From positions 62,001 to 126,000 of IMG/VR virus record IMGVR_UViG_3300037295_000360: 64,000 nt of DNA, one strand, 5' to 3'. The position numbers were made by a program, and so were the translations under genes. This DNA is from an uncultured virus (IMG/VR IMGVR_UViG_3300037295_000360). Taxonomy: Duplodnaviria > Heunggongvirae > Uroviricota > Caudoviricetes. Below, one piece after another: positions 47,342 through 57,798 of the stretch. The notes under the pieces are model-generated. The model did no database searches. It was not told the DNA's origin and worked only from the letters and a program-made list of their open reading frames with translations. Position 1 is the stretch's first letter, and every line of letters begins with the position of its first letter.

Positions 47342-50300
47342 ATGAGCAATTCAATATCACAGTTACTTGAACAATTTCTAGAACTGAACACAAATTCACT
47401 AGAAACTTTCAATAGAATTAATGAAGCAATAACCACAGACAAGGAAACTGTGGTTATTGATTTGTTTAATCCTAACACTAATAAAACACAAACCATCCAA
47501 ATACCCGCATTTGGATATTTAAAGAGAGAAATTGAACGTTTAAATATTAATCTTAATTCACTAAGTGGATTAGAGGGATCTAATGCTAATATTAGACTTA
47601 AAGATGGTTCAATTAGAGCCGTCCATGCTTCTAGATTAAAAGGACCATCTCCTTCTATAACATCACTTGACTCTCCAACTACATTTAATACAAAGTTAAA
47701 TGCTTTTTTCGAAGATTTTTTAAATCCTTTACTTGTAATTAACTTAGATGTTACAGGACAAATTCCAGTTGAAACTGAAAAGGTATATGTTGAAAGATAT
47801 ATTTTTGATGAAAGTGATTTAAGAACTGTTACTGATTTTGATGAAATATACAAAGGAGAGAGTGAAATAGATTACTCAAGTTTTAAAACTCAATTAATAG
47901 ACAATGCATATGTATACTCTATTGATTCTGAGGTATTAAACATGCCAATGCGAATGATTCAGTATGCAGGATTGTTTGATGTTATTAAGGTAGAAAATAT
48001 TGAAAAAAACTTTATCGTTAATGGAGTAACCTCAACAAAAACTGTTAAATTATTTACGGTTAATAAGCTATCATATACTGATACTGATAAATTGTTAAAG
48101 GACACAGAGACACTAAAGATAAATGATTCATTAATTGTTAATTCCGGAAAATACAGAACAAGATATCAAGTTATTTCTATTGACAGTGCAACTTCACAAT
48201 TAGAACTTTTATTATTAGAAGGGTTTGAATCTATTAAAGTAGGTGCTAATCAGCTAGGAATATATAAGGATGTAGATACAAATCTTAATATAGAAATAAA
48301 GGTAGGATTTAATGAAAGACAAATAATTTTTGTTAAGCCAATCGATCCTACTTCAAAAATTCCAGCAGAATACTTTTCACCTGGTGTTTCTTTCTATTCA
48401 AATGAATTAGAGATAGTAAATTCTACAGGAAATAGTATGACACTCGCTGCATACTATAAAAATGAAGTTTCTGATTTTGGTCAATTTATTAAATCATTAA
48501 AGGTAGATTACATTCCACCTTCATATGTTGGAATCGTACCTAATCCTCCTGTTATTACTACTTCAAATTTTAAAGTAGTTCAGGTTAATAAGCACCTTAC
48601 CGATAACTCAACTACTGATAAAATTAAGCAGTTGAAATCTGATAAAATTTCAACAGAGCAATCTTTAAAAAGATTAGATGAATCTATTAAACAAAAAAAA
48701 TCTTTAATTAACACAAAGAAGTTTAATTCATCTGCGGAAAGGGATGTTAACACAAACGAACTTAGTTCTTTAGTGTTACAAAAGGAAACTGAATCTAAGT
48801 TATTTTCATCTATAATTACTGAAATTAAATCTTCAGCAGAATCTTCTGACTTACAAACCGTGTCACCTAAATATAGAATGAGGGGTTTCTGGTCAATACC
48901 AGAGCCTAAGAAAATAGGAAATGAAGTTTCACAAGAAGTTGTACAATTTAGAATTAGATATAGATATGCATCTACTTCAGGTAAGACTGCGATAATCGAT
49001 CAGATTAAATTTAAAGATGAAACTAATTCTACTGAAAAAACAGCTGCCTTTTCGAATTGGGTAGAAGTATTAGGTCCAGTTAGAAAAAGAAAATTAAATA
49101 GTTTGGGAATTTATTCTTGGATTATAGAAAGTGAAGAGGATGCTGACGCAGTAAACTTTAACTCGATTGATGTTTCAATTAATCCGGGAGAAGTTGTTGA
49201 ATTTATGATTAAGTCGGTTTCTGAGGCAGGATTTCCTGCAAATCCAATTGAATCATCTTGGTCAGAAATTTATAAATTTGAATTTCCACAAGGAGAAGTT
49301 AACACTGACGAAATGGCGTCAGTTATTAAGACTAACGAAATGGATGCATTGCGGGTTCAAATTCAACAGGATTTGGATTCTATTGGAGTATATTCACACG
49401 TTTCTGAATCATTTAAAGTAGATGATAAGACATATGCGCATAGTGCTAATTCAGTTGCTTCTGGCTTTTTAACATCACAACAAAATCCAATATCGGTATA
49501 CGAAAAACTATTAGAGCTTCAAAATGAAGTGCTGAGTTTACGTGCAGTGATAGAGGGAACACTTGGCGAATTATTAGTAAGAATTATTGACGAATCAGGT
49601 AATGTAACACAGGTTACAAATAACACGACGGTTCAATTGTTTGCTGGATATTATGTAAATGAAATTCCTACAACAGGCGGAAAGGGATTTATTGTCTCAA
49701 AGAATTTTAAAATAGAACTTTCAAATACAAAGGCAACTAATCTTGAATTAATTGCTAGAATAATTGGAGATACTTCTAAAGCATTGCCAGTATCTTCTAG
49801 TAATGTGATATTTGGACTAGGGGAAGGAACTCCTGAAGAATCATATAGTAACGATTCATATTATACTGGAGAAGCTAAATACGATTTAGTTCCTGTAATG
49901 TATCAGAACGTTCCAAATATAGCAGGGTCTGCTTATGATAAAACATATTTTAATATTGGGCCAAGTCAATCTACTCAATTAAAGGGACAATTTATTTATT
50001 CTAGATTTAAAAACCTAGCAAATGATGAAAACCTTTATGTAATCAATGAAGGTGATAATGGAGACATTAATCCGGATTCTTCTGGCGAAGGATATGGATA
50101 TGGATATGATTCGTACGAGTATGGACTTTCATTTAATTATAATACAGTTCCAACCATCAGTGGAGTTTCTAAGATTACTAATTTTAACAGCTCAACTATT
50201 ACACCATGGCCAAGCACTGTAAGTCCTGATGATTTTATATGGACTGGAGATTTTGATGGAGATCAATTAGCAAAAAGAACTTCAGTTTTTAATGTAACCA

Positions 50301-51013
50301 ATGCGATATATAGCAACGGTATATTTATGCATATCAATCATCCATTATTACTAAATGGTACCATATCTGCGATTAGTATTATTAGCAATGGAATGGTAGG
50401 AATGCCAAAAACAGCTCCTCTAAAATCAACAGATGCTAATGGTAAAAAACAAACACCATTAAGAATAATAGAGACAAAGAATAATTTAAATACATTAGGA
50501 CTTAGATCGACTGCTATTACTGGATTTTCGCCAGATGATCAATATCTATTAGGTGGAAAGTCATGTGGATCTTTTCTATATGTTTCTCCTCTTAATGTAG
50601 ATTCACTAATAGTTGATGCGGATAATAAGAGAGGTAAAAAAATAATACCAGGTGGAAAGGCTAATTCTGTTGTTGTTGATTTGATTTTTCAATACAGAAT
50701 GACAGATTATTATGGAGCTGGAGATAATGGAACTGGTAGAATTGCTGGAGTCATATCTTCTATTTTTACAAATCTAACATACTCTAAAAAAATAGGTATA
50801 GATATCTTAGATTTCGGAGGAAATAGCTTTCAATTTGATATTGAAGTTTATTCTAAATATACAACACAGGGTAAAAATATAAACAATATAACGAGTTCTA
50901 TGTTATCTAATTATAATACAAATTTTGATAATAGTTCGTCTTCTACTAATTCAGGAAGAAGAAAGTACTTGACTGATAATACTACAAATTTCGCATATCC
51001 AGAAATACAATAA
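47342..51013 (+). CDS. Large putative virion structural protein with central coiled coil
   Basis: 1223-aa ORF in the structural operon. Confidence 0.6.
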   Translation: MSNSISQLLEQFLELNTNSLETFNRINEAITTDKETVVIDLFNPNTNKTQTIQIPAFGYLKREIERLNINLNSLSGLEGSNANIRLKDGSIRAVHASRLKGPSPSITSLDSPTTFNTKLNAFFEDFLNPLLVINLDVTGQIPVETEKVYVERYIFDESDLRTVTDFDEIYKGESEIDYSSFKTQLIDNAYVYSIDSEVLNMPMRMIQYAGLFDVIKVENIEKNFIVNGVTSTKTVKLFTVNKLSYTDTDKLLKDTETLKINDSLIVNSGKYRTRYQVISIDSATSQLELLLLEGFESIKVGANQLGIYKDVDTNLNIEIKVGFNERQIIFVKPIDPTSKIPAEYFSPGVSFYSNELEIVNSTGNSMTLAAYYKNEVSDFGQFIKSLKVDYIPPSYVGIVPNPPVITTSNFKVVQVNKHLTDNSTTDKIKQLKSDKISTEQSLKRLDESIKQKKSLINTKKFNSSAERDVNTNELSSLVLQKETESKLFSSIITEIKSSAESSDLQTVSPKYRMRGFWSIPEPKKIGNEVSQEVVQFRIRYRYASTSGKTAIIDQIKFKDETNSTEKTAAFSNWVEVLGPVRKRKLNSLGIYSWIIESEEDADAVNFNSIDVSINPGEVVEFMIKSVSEAGFPANPIESSWSEIYKFEFPQGEVNTDEMASVIKTNEMDALRVQIQQDLDSIGVYSHVSESFKVDDKTYAHSANSVASGFLTSQQNPISVYEKLLELQNEVLSLRAVIEGTLGELLVRIIDESGNVTQVTNNTTVQLFAGYYVNEIPTTGGKGFIVSKNFKIELSNTKATNLELIARIIGDTSKALPVSSSNVIFGLGEGTPEESYSNDSYYTGEAKYDLVPVMYQNVPNIAGSAYDKTYFNIGPSQSTQLKGQFIYSRFKNLANDENLYVINEGDNGDINPDSSGEGYGYGYDSYEYGLSFNYNTVPTISGVSKITNFNSSTITPWPSTVSPDDFIWTGDFDGDQLAKRTSVFNVTNAIYSNGIFMHINHPLLLNGTISAISIISNGMVGMPKTAPLKSTDANGKKQTPLRIIETKNNLNTLGLRSTAITGFSPDDQYLLGGKSCGSFLYVSPLNVDSLIVDADNKRGKKIIPGGKANSVVVDLIFQYRMTDYYGAGDNGTGRIAGVISSIFTNLTYSKKIGIDILDFGGNSFQFDIEVYSKYTTQGKNINNITSSMLSNYNTNFDNSSSSTNSGRRKYLTDNTTNFAYPEIQ

Positions 51014-51082
51014 TATAAGATATTTTTTTGATTAGATATTCTTATAATTAGGATATATAATCTAAACAAAAGAGTATCATAC

Positions 51083-54000
51083 ATGTCTACTATAAATACA
51101 AATATTGAAAACAATTCAGTAGATAGCAAATCCTTTGCTATATTAAGAACTAATCCAAAGTTAACAAGTAATGTAAAGTTACTTGTTAACTCTATTGGTG
51201 ATTTGTACTTAAGTGCATTTAAAGCGAACAAGGAACTTTCAAGCATAGAGTATCAAAAGTTCGAAGTTTCTCCATTTGGTAAATATTCGTATGATATCTC
51301 TAAATTCTTTAGAGACTTAGCCACTACTTCAATATACCAAACTCTTAGATTATTTGACGACAATGCTGTTTATTCAAGTTATGAATTTCAGTATGAGGAT
51401 CAATATAATTATGGCGCAGCCTTTAATTCTACTAAACTATATGACGAACAATACAAAATATTTGCTCCAATATGGTTAGAGAAAAAAGTGCCTAGTAAGT
51501 TCGTAATATACAGAGTAGAGGATGTTGATTATAATTCAAACTACGAAGAAAATACAGTAGGTCAAAATTCTAGAATTTTAGAACTTTTAAAAAAGGCATC
51601 AATTGTTAAAACATTTGATCTGGGAAATTCTTCAAAAATAGGTGAGTATTTAAATAATCACGTTAACGAAAAACTCTTTCCTAAATCTTCGATTAGTATT
51701 AACTTTGGCGAGGGTTCGATGTCTTCTTTTAATGGAATAGACATTGTTAACGGAGGTTTTGCCACCAAAAGTGAACAGCTTGATAAATATTACACACAAG
51801 TAGACTATCCTGAGATATTTAGTAATGAAATTATAACGAATGGTTTTGAAAGAAATGGTTTAATTTCTGCTAATATAATAAATTTAGAGTTCTTATTTGA
51901 TGATAATGTCGCTGACGATTATAAGATATACAGATATTTTGGAATATATGCAGACGATATTGATGAAGGAACGTTCATGATAGATAATGTAACAAATAAA
52001 GGAGAAGTATTTATTAAAGATAATAGCTATGCAACATTATACGATTTAAATGATACATCGTTAGTTCCATTTGATATGATTCCATCAGGAAATGATTTTA
52101 ATATACCTTTTTTAAGATATATTAAAGATAAAGAAGGCCAATATTATAACTTAAACGGAAGTAAGTCAATTCCGAATTATAGAATGTTAGTCGAGTTAAA
52201 TAAAAGTAAAGAATCACTGTTTAATGGATTTTCTAGAAACGGCAAAAAAATTACATCAGAATCTATTATTCCAAATCCAAGAGGATTTTACAAACTAACA
52301 GTCATAGATACCCCTAGCGATAACGATAAAATTTTTATAGGAGATAAAAACGAAATAAAAATATCTGATTACAATTTAGGTGATTATTTAATAATAGCTA
52401 GTTCGGCAATTCCAGCAGGGAGAGCAATTAAAAATAAATTCTCTAGCGTAGGAAGTTTTCAGCAAATTGCAATCGCAATTGCGCAAGCAATTAAGAATGG
52501 AGAAATTATAACATATAATGTTTATGTGTCGGGGCCTTCTATTACAATAGAGGATTATGCTGCAGGTAATAATAGAATGCAAAATGCATTGGGATTATAT
52601 AATTCCAATTTAGTTGATTTTATTGAAGTTACAGGAGGTGAATTAAATAGTATTGGGTTAATAGATTCAATTTCTCATGATACTTTATTTAGTGAGTGGG
52701 ATATTTACTCAATGGTAGGTGGTTCTATAGAAGGTCAATCCATCCTAGTGAAATCAAGTGAAATCGGAAATGTAAATGTCGGAGAATGGGTAAAGCAAAA
52801 AAATAAAGATAATTATATACAGATTATTGAAATTGAAAAAGATCCTATCATTAGAGATTTTTATAGAATTATTTTAAATTCTGCTGTTTCTGTTTCAAAT
52901 GATAACGTTTTTGAAATATATGATGTCTATAAAACTTCACATGGAAGTTTTGCAGCATATGACTTTAAGGACTTTGATTTTGATTTTTATTCAACGCGTA
53001 ACTCAGATCTAGGTGATTTATCTTTAGATGTCTATTCGCATGAAAACCAAACAGTGTATGCTGGACTTAACTCTGTTTTAGGAAATGAATTGATCACTGA
53101 TGAAATAATTTTAGAAAATTATGTAAATAATGAATATGATAGACTACGAGAAAATAGTTTAAAAGAGACTTCTTTAAGAAGTAGAATAGTTCCAACTATT
53201 AATAAGTTTAAATTAAAAGATGCATTAAACGCAAGAAACTTACCATATATGTTAAATGTATGTGAAGCTTTTGGTGAAGACAATTTATCGCCTAATATTG
53301 AAATAGATTCAAATAGAAATGTTGAATTCATGAATATGGAGCATTTTTTAATTAATAAAATACCTAGTAGTCTACGAAATAATTTAGTAGATTTTAATTT
53401 TAATAATTATGTTGACTTCGCCGATGATGGAGGATTGACTATTGAAAAATTAAAAAGCACAGATTTCGATTATTTTAAAAGTCATTTTAATTGGAATGGA
53501 TATTATAATTCAGCTAATCAAACATGGTATGACAATACTGCAAAAAAACTATGGAGCAAATTTAATATAGGAAATTTAGAAAAGAATTCTTCTACCGTAT
53601 TTAGAGGGCTTAGATATGAATATTTAAAAAGAAAAGAAAATGTAAGTGAATTTCCAACAGAGTTCATAAATGATTCAAATATTAATAATTATAAGTTTGG
53701 TGTTGTGTTATCATATTATAAAGACAGAGATATTGATGACAACATTATCACTAATAATTCTGTAAACATTAAGTCTATTAAAAATGAAAAGTTTGAGTTT
53801 ATATGTATTTATATAACAGTAAATGTAGTAGATAATGATGTATCGGATATTGATAGACATTTATTATATACATTAAATGATATCAAGCTAGAGGAAGAAA
53901 TTATCGACGTCGAAATTCCATTTTGGATTGATTTTTCACTAAATCACGCTGAATTTAGTAATAGTTATCCTAACCAACCCACTGTTATTAGATCTTCTGA

Positions 54001-55489
54001 AATTACACCATTTCCTGCTGAATTTACAAAATACATAACTGTTGACGAAAATGGAGATTTTTCTTGGATTTATTTCAAAGCCGAAGGGGATACTTATGCA
54101 GTAAAGGTGATAAATGTAATTGATGATACCCAAATAACGATAGCTGGTATTCCATGGAAATTTAATACACAAACAGGACAGGCTGAAGGTATTAGAATGA
54201 ATGTAGAAGATATTCAACTAATTCCTCTTACTAATTTTAAATATTATAAAGGAGGAAAAAATGGATTTAATGTTCTATTAAATGAAATTAATGCTTATAA
54301 ATTTGCTAACAAGTTTAATAAATTTGAAAACATAGAGTATATTACGATAGAAGAAAAAGGTAATATAATTAACAACGCATACTCATTGTCAATAGAATCA
54401 GGTGTTAACATAATTAAACCGTCAATAGTTACCGCCACAAGCGACCCTGACAAACCAAGGGCGTATCAATTATTCTCAGGTGAAATTGGAAGCATAATAT
54501 CAAATAGAAAGGATGGAGGATATCTTACCATATTGCGAAGAATGAACGGTGAATATGATCCTTTATTTAATAGTGTAATTACATTCGGGGATGGATATTC
54601 TTTTAATAAAGTTAATATTAATTCAACCGAAAGAAATATATTAATGTATAAAAAATTCAATGATCTTGGAATAGCATTTGATTCATATAAAAACAATAGA
54701 GAAGATTATGGATTTATAAATAACTATTTTTATCACAAAGTGAATGATGAAAATTCTAAAAACATATTAAAATTGTCACGTACTTCTGATAAGTTGCCAA
54801 TATATCCTTTAATTGGAGAAATAGCAATTGATAAGAAGAAGCTTAACCTTTTTAAATCTAAGTATTCAAGCAATTTTTTTACGAAGGCGTTGCCTGGTGG
54901 ATTTATAAAATTAGTAAGCGGAACTCTAAGTCCAATAGAAAAAAAGAACTTTATGGCTTCAACTATTATGAAAGTTAAAGAATCATATGATATTACTCGA
55001 TATACTAATAAAAAGGAAAATACAATTGAGATACTTGATAACATTAGATTAAATAGTCTAAATACAAATTCAATTCATTGGTATGAGGATAATGCGCAAG
55101 TGTTAATGGACGTTTATTTGCCTTTTGCTATTTTGCAGGAATTAATAGAAGATGGAATTCAAGAGAGTTTTGGAAAGTATGTCGTGCCTTCATTATCATA
55201 TGGTAATGAAACTACCATAGATGACGATTTAAAGGTATATACTGATGGAAACATAATTCCACGTTTCATCATAGATTTAATAGATATTTATGGAACTAAG
55301 GGAAAGGATTTATCAACATCATTTGTATCGGTCGATAATGTTGATGATTTAAATAAAAACGGATTTGTTAAACTTACTAATTTTAACATTTTAAGTTATC
55401 AAAAGGACGGTTTAAGTTTTAGATTAATATATAATAAAATAATTGGATATTCATATAATTTTAAAATCCATGTTAAAATACAATCATAA
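51083..55489 (+). CDS. Large putative virion structural protein
   Basis: 1468-aa ORF preceded by GATATATA. Confidence 0.6.
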   Translation: MSTINTNIENNSVDSKSFAILRTNPKLTSNVKLLVNSIGDLYLSAFKANKELSSIEYQKFEVSPFGKYSYDISKFFRDLATTSIYQTLRLFDDNAVYSSYEFQYEDQYNYGAAFNSTKLYDEQYKIFAPIWLEKKVPSKFVIYRVEDVDYNSNYEENTVGQNSRILELLKKASIVKTFDLGNSSKIGEYLNNHVNEKLFPKSSISINFGEGSMSSFNGIDIVNGGFATKSEQLDKYYTQVDYPEIFSNEIITNGFERNGLISANIINLEFLFDDNVADDYKIYRYFGIYADDIDEGTFMIDNVTNKGEVFIKDNSYATLYDLNDTSLVPFDMIPSGNDFNIPFLRYIKDKEGQYYNLNGSKSIPNYRMLVELNKSKESLFNGFSRNGKKITSESIIPNPRGFYKLTVIDTPSDNDKIFIGDKNEIKISDYNLGDYLIIASSAIPAGRAIKNKFSSVGSFQQIAIAIAQAIKNGEIITYNVYVSGPSITIEDYAAGNNRMQNALGLYNSNLVDFIEVTGGELNSIGLIDSISHDTLFSEWDIYSMVGGSIEGQSILVKSSEIGNVNVGEWVKQKNKDNYIQIIEIEKDPIIRDFYRIILNSAVSVSNDNVFEIYDVYKTSHGSFAAYDFKDFDFDFYSTRNSDLGDLSLDVYSHENQTVYAGLNSVLGNELITDEIILENYVNNEYDRLRENSLKETSLRSRIVPTINKFKLKDALNARNLPYMLNVCEAFGEDNLSPNIEIDSNRNVEFMNMEHFLINKIPSSLRNNLVDFNFNNYVDFADDGGLTIEKLKSTDFDYFKSHFNWNGYYNSANQTWYDNTAKKLWSKFNIGNLEKNSSTVFRGLRYEYLKRKENVSEFPTEFINDSNINNYKFGVVLSYYKDRDIDDNIITNNSVNIKSIKNEKFEFICIYITVNVVDNDVSDIDRHLLYTLNDIKLEEEIIDVEIPFWIDFSLNHAEFSNSYPNQPTVIRSSEITPFPAEFTKYITVDENGDFSWIYFKAEGDTYAVKVINVIDDTQITIAGIPWKFNTQTGQAEGIRMNVEDIQLIPLTNFKYYKGGKNGFNVLLNEINAYKFANKFNKFENIEYITIEEKGNIINNAYSLSIESGVNIIKPSIVTATSDPDKPRAYQLFSGEIGSIISNRKDGGYLTILRRMNGEYDPLFNSVITFGDGYSFNKVNINSTERNILMYKKFNDLGIAFDSYKNNREDYGFINNYFYHKVNDENSKNILKLSRTSDKLPIYPLIGEIAIDKKKLNLFKSKYSSNFFTKALPGGFIKLVSGTLSPIEKKNFMASTIMKVKESYDITRYTNKKENTIEILDNIRLNSLNTNSIHWYEDNAQVLMDVYLPFAILQELIEDGIQESFGKYVVPSLSYGNETTIDDDLKVYTDGNIIPRFIIDLIDIYGTKGKDLSTSFVSVDNVDDLNKNGFVKLTNFNILSYQKDGLSFRLIYNKIIGYSYNFKIHVKIQS

Positions 55490-55492
55490 TTA

Positions 55493-57760
55493 ATGGCTAC
55501 TATTAATATTAAAGAATTATTTGCAAGTGACTTGAATCCAAATGAGGTCACGTGGTGGTCAATTGATAAAATTAGTAAGATTAATTATAATTTTAGTCAA
55601 ATGACAGGTGGAGGGGTTGCAGGACCTCGGGGTATATTAGGATATGGCGGTAATCCCGGACCTTTAGGAATGCAAGGTGTTAAAGGATATCAAGGTGTTG
55701 ATGGATATCAAGGGGTTAAAGGATATTCAACAGAGGATGTATGGACATATAGATTAGAGGCAAATAGTGGAATTTCTTATTTAATACCTAAATATAATGT
55801 AAACAGTATTCAAAACATAAGTCCGGTAACACTTAAGATTGGATTTGATATAAACAATGCAGAATATAATACCGCAACATCTTCTAGAGAATATGTTGTA
55901 ATTGGTAATGTGGCATCTTCAAGTCCTTCAAAAATTAATTTAAGATTACAGAGCGAAACTAAAGTTTCTGACTTTAAACTGGATGTTCAAGTAATAGACA
56001 ACATTGAACGTCAAACGCTACATATTGGAAAAATAGTAACAGCAGACGCCGGATTTAAGCAGATTATAATATCTAATAGTACTATAATTAAATCAGTAGG
56101 AGATACTCTTGATATTCTAAACGCATTAAGTCATAGTATACGTGATTTAAATATAGTAATCGGTAATACTATTCGTGAAAGTTTTGCTGAATTAAGTAGA
56201 TTTCCTGATAAATTGTCAAGGGCAAACGCTGAGTTTCAGTTTAATGTAAACGCAACCGAAGGAGATGTATTAGTTTCAAGCGATGCAAATGGTACCGTTG
56301 CATGGAAAGATAAAAACTCTCTGTTTGGTAGTTTTCCAATAGGATCTATTATTTCAATTAGAGAAAATGAGTTTAACTCATCTAATTTTTATCTTAATGA
56401 AGTAATATCACAGAGTGGGAATCCATTACCGGTATTGCGTAATAGGTATGGAAGAGGAATTCCTAATACACAATACGCTGGATGGTATTTGTGCAATGGA
56501 TTATCATGGGAAATAGAAAATGGTGTTAACTCATATTCAACACCAAATCTAAATTCTTTTCAATATACTATATCTTCTAATGAAGGAGATCAAAACGAGA
56601 TTGTATTAGGCGGAGACGGTACTTCTATTATTATGGCAGGGTATGATATATCATTAGCAGCAGTTGAATCCAATGGAGTATATAATGTTTCTTTTGATAA
56701 TGTGTTTCAGGGTAATGATGATGCTATTTCAGCAAATGACACCTTTACGTTTGGACTTCAAGATGGAAGTACAAACACAAATGCATACGTTAGTAAAATG
56801 ATTCATATTGTTTATTTAGAAAATGATAATTTAATATGGTCAGTGTCAGATAATGTATCGGAGCCACCTGTTACTAATAGTATATCATTAGGATATAGTT
56901 TTAATAATGATTCGGGTGAAATATGTAAAGTAAGCTCATCTATTGAATACACATGGAACGGAGAACCAGGTACATGGAGTACGTTTCGCGAAACATTAGA
57001 AGAAACATATCTATATAATGCAGGAACAACAAATCTTGCACCCATCGGATACTATATAGATTTAACAGATAACTCTGTGCGATTTTGGAATCCTAGAAGT
57101 CTTACATTTTCAGGTGAAGTATATTGTGCCTTTGAACAATATGAAACTACTTCTTTAGGATATTCAATGAGAGTTGATGGAATTAATGGTAATTATTCTT
57201 TTCTTCCTGGATTAAATTATTCTATAGATACTGTTTTATTTGAAAACGCCACAGTTTTGCGTGATAATAATGATTCTTTATTAAATGCGGACAGGGGATG
57301 GTATCGTAGCACTTCTACTGGAAAAAGAAGATATTGGAACGGAAGTCAATTCGAAGGTGTTATTTTTACTAAAAATTTTATTATTTCAATATCAGCGGGA
57401 AATGGAGTAACTGGATTTAATAATGTTACTAATACCCCATCAGCGTGTGGTGCTTCTAGATTGTCTAGAGAATCATTTGTAGAGTACGATACTAGTATAA
57501 TAGCTGATCTTGTATTTGTACATGATAACTCATTATTAGTATATGTTCCTATAAATTATGCCAGGATATTAAATGAAACACCTGGACTAGTTAGCGTAAT
57601 TAGTCAACCGGCACCTGGAAGCAGTTATCCATTTAAAAGAATTTATTTAAATGAAATGATTAATAGTGATTTAGAAAATAAGAATGCATTAATTAACGCA
57701 TTCAATGGTACTATTAATTTTCCTAATGAGTGTGTACCTAATCAAGAAAGCACACTTTAA
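55493..57760 (+). CDS. Tail fibre/baseplate protein with short collagen segment and tail-collar domain
   Basis: KINYNF N-terminus, Gly-X-Y run, FPIGSII...GWYLCNG...TPNLN collar motif. Confidence 0.72.
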   Translation: MATINIKELFASDLNPNEVTWWSIDKISKINYNFSQMTGGGVAGPRGILGYGGNPGPLGMQGVKGYQGVDGYQGVKGYSTEDVWTYRLEANSGISYLIPKYNVNSIQNISPVTLKIGFDINNAEYNTATSSREYVVIGNVASSSPSKINLRLQSETKVSDFKLDVQVIDNIERQTLHIGKIVTADAGFKQIIISNSTIIKSVGDTLDILNALSHSIRDLNIVIGNTIRESFAELSRFPDKLSRANAEFQFNVNATEGDVLVSSDANGTVAWKDKNSLFGSFPIGSIISIRENEFNSSNFYLNEVISQSGNPLPVLRNRYGRGIPNTQYAGWYLCNGLSWEIENGVNSYSTPNLNSFQYTISSNEGDQNEIVLGGDGTSIIMAGYDISLAAVESNGVYNVSFDNVFQGNDDAISANDTFTFGLQDGSTNTNAYVSKMIHIVYLENDNLIWSVSDNVSEPPVTNSISLGYSFNNDSGEICKVSSSIEYTWNGEPGTWSTFRETLEETYLYNAGTTNLAPIGYYIDLTDNSVRFWNPRSLTFSGEVYCAFEQYETTSLGYSMRVDGINGNYSFLPGLNYSIDTVLFENATVLRDNNDSLLNADRGWYRSTSTGKRRYWNGSQFEGVIFTKNFIISISAGNGVTGFNNVTNTPSACGASRLSRESFVEYDTSIIADLVFVHDNSLLVYVPINYARILNETPGLVSVISQPAPGSSYPFKRIYLNEMINSDLENKNALINAFNGTINFPNECVPNQESTL

Positions 57761-57798
57761 TAATAGTAATATATAGAATATAAATATAGTACATGTAA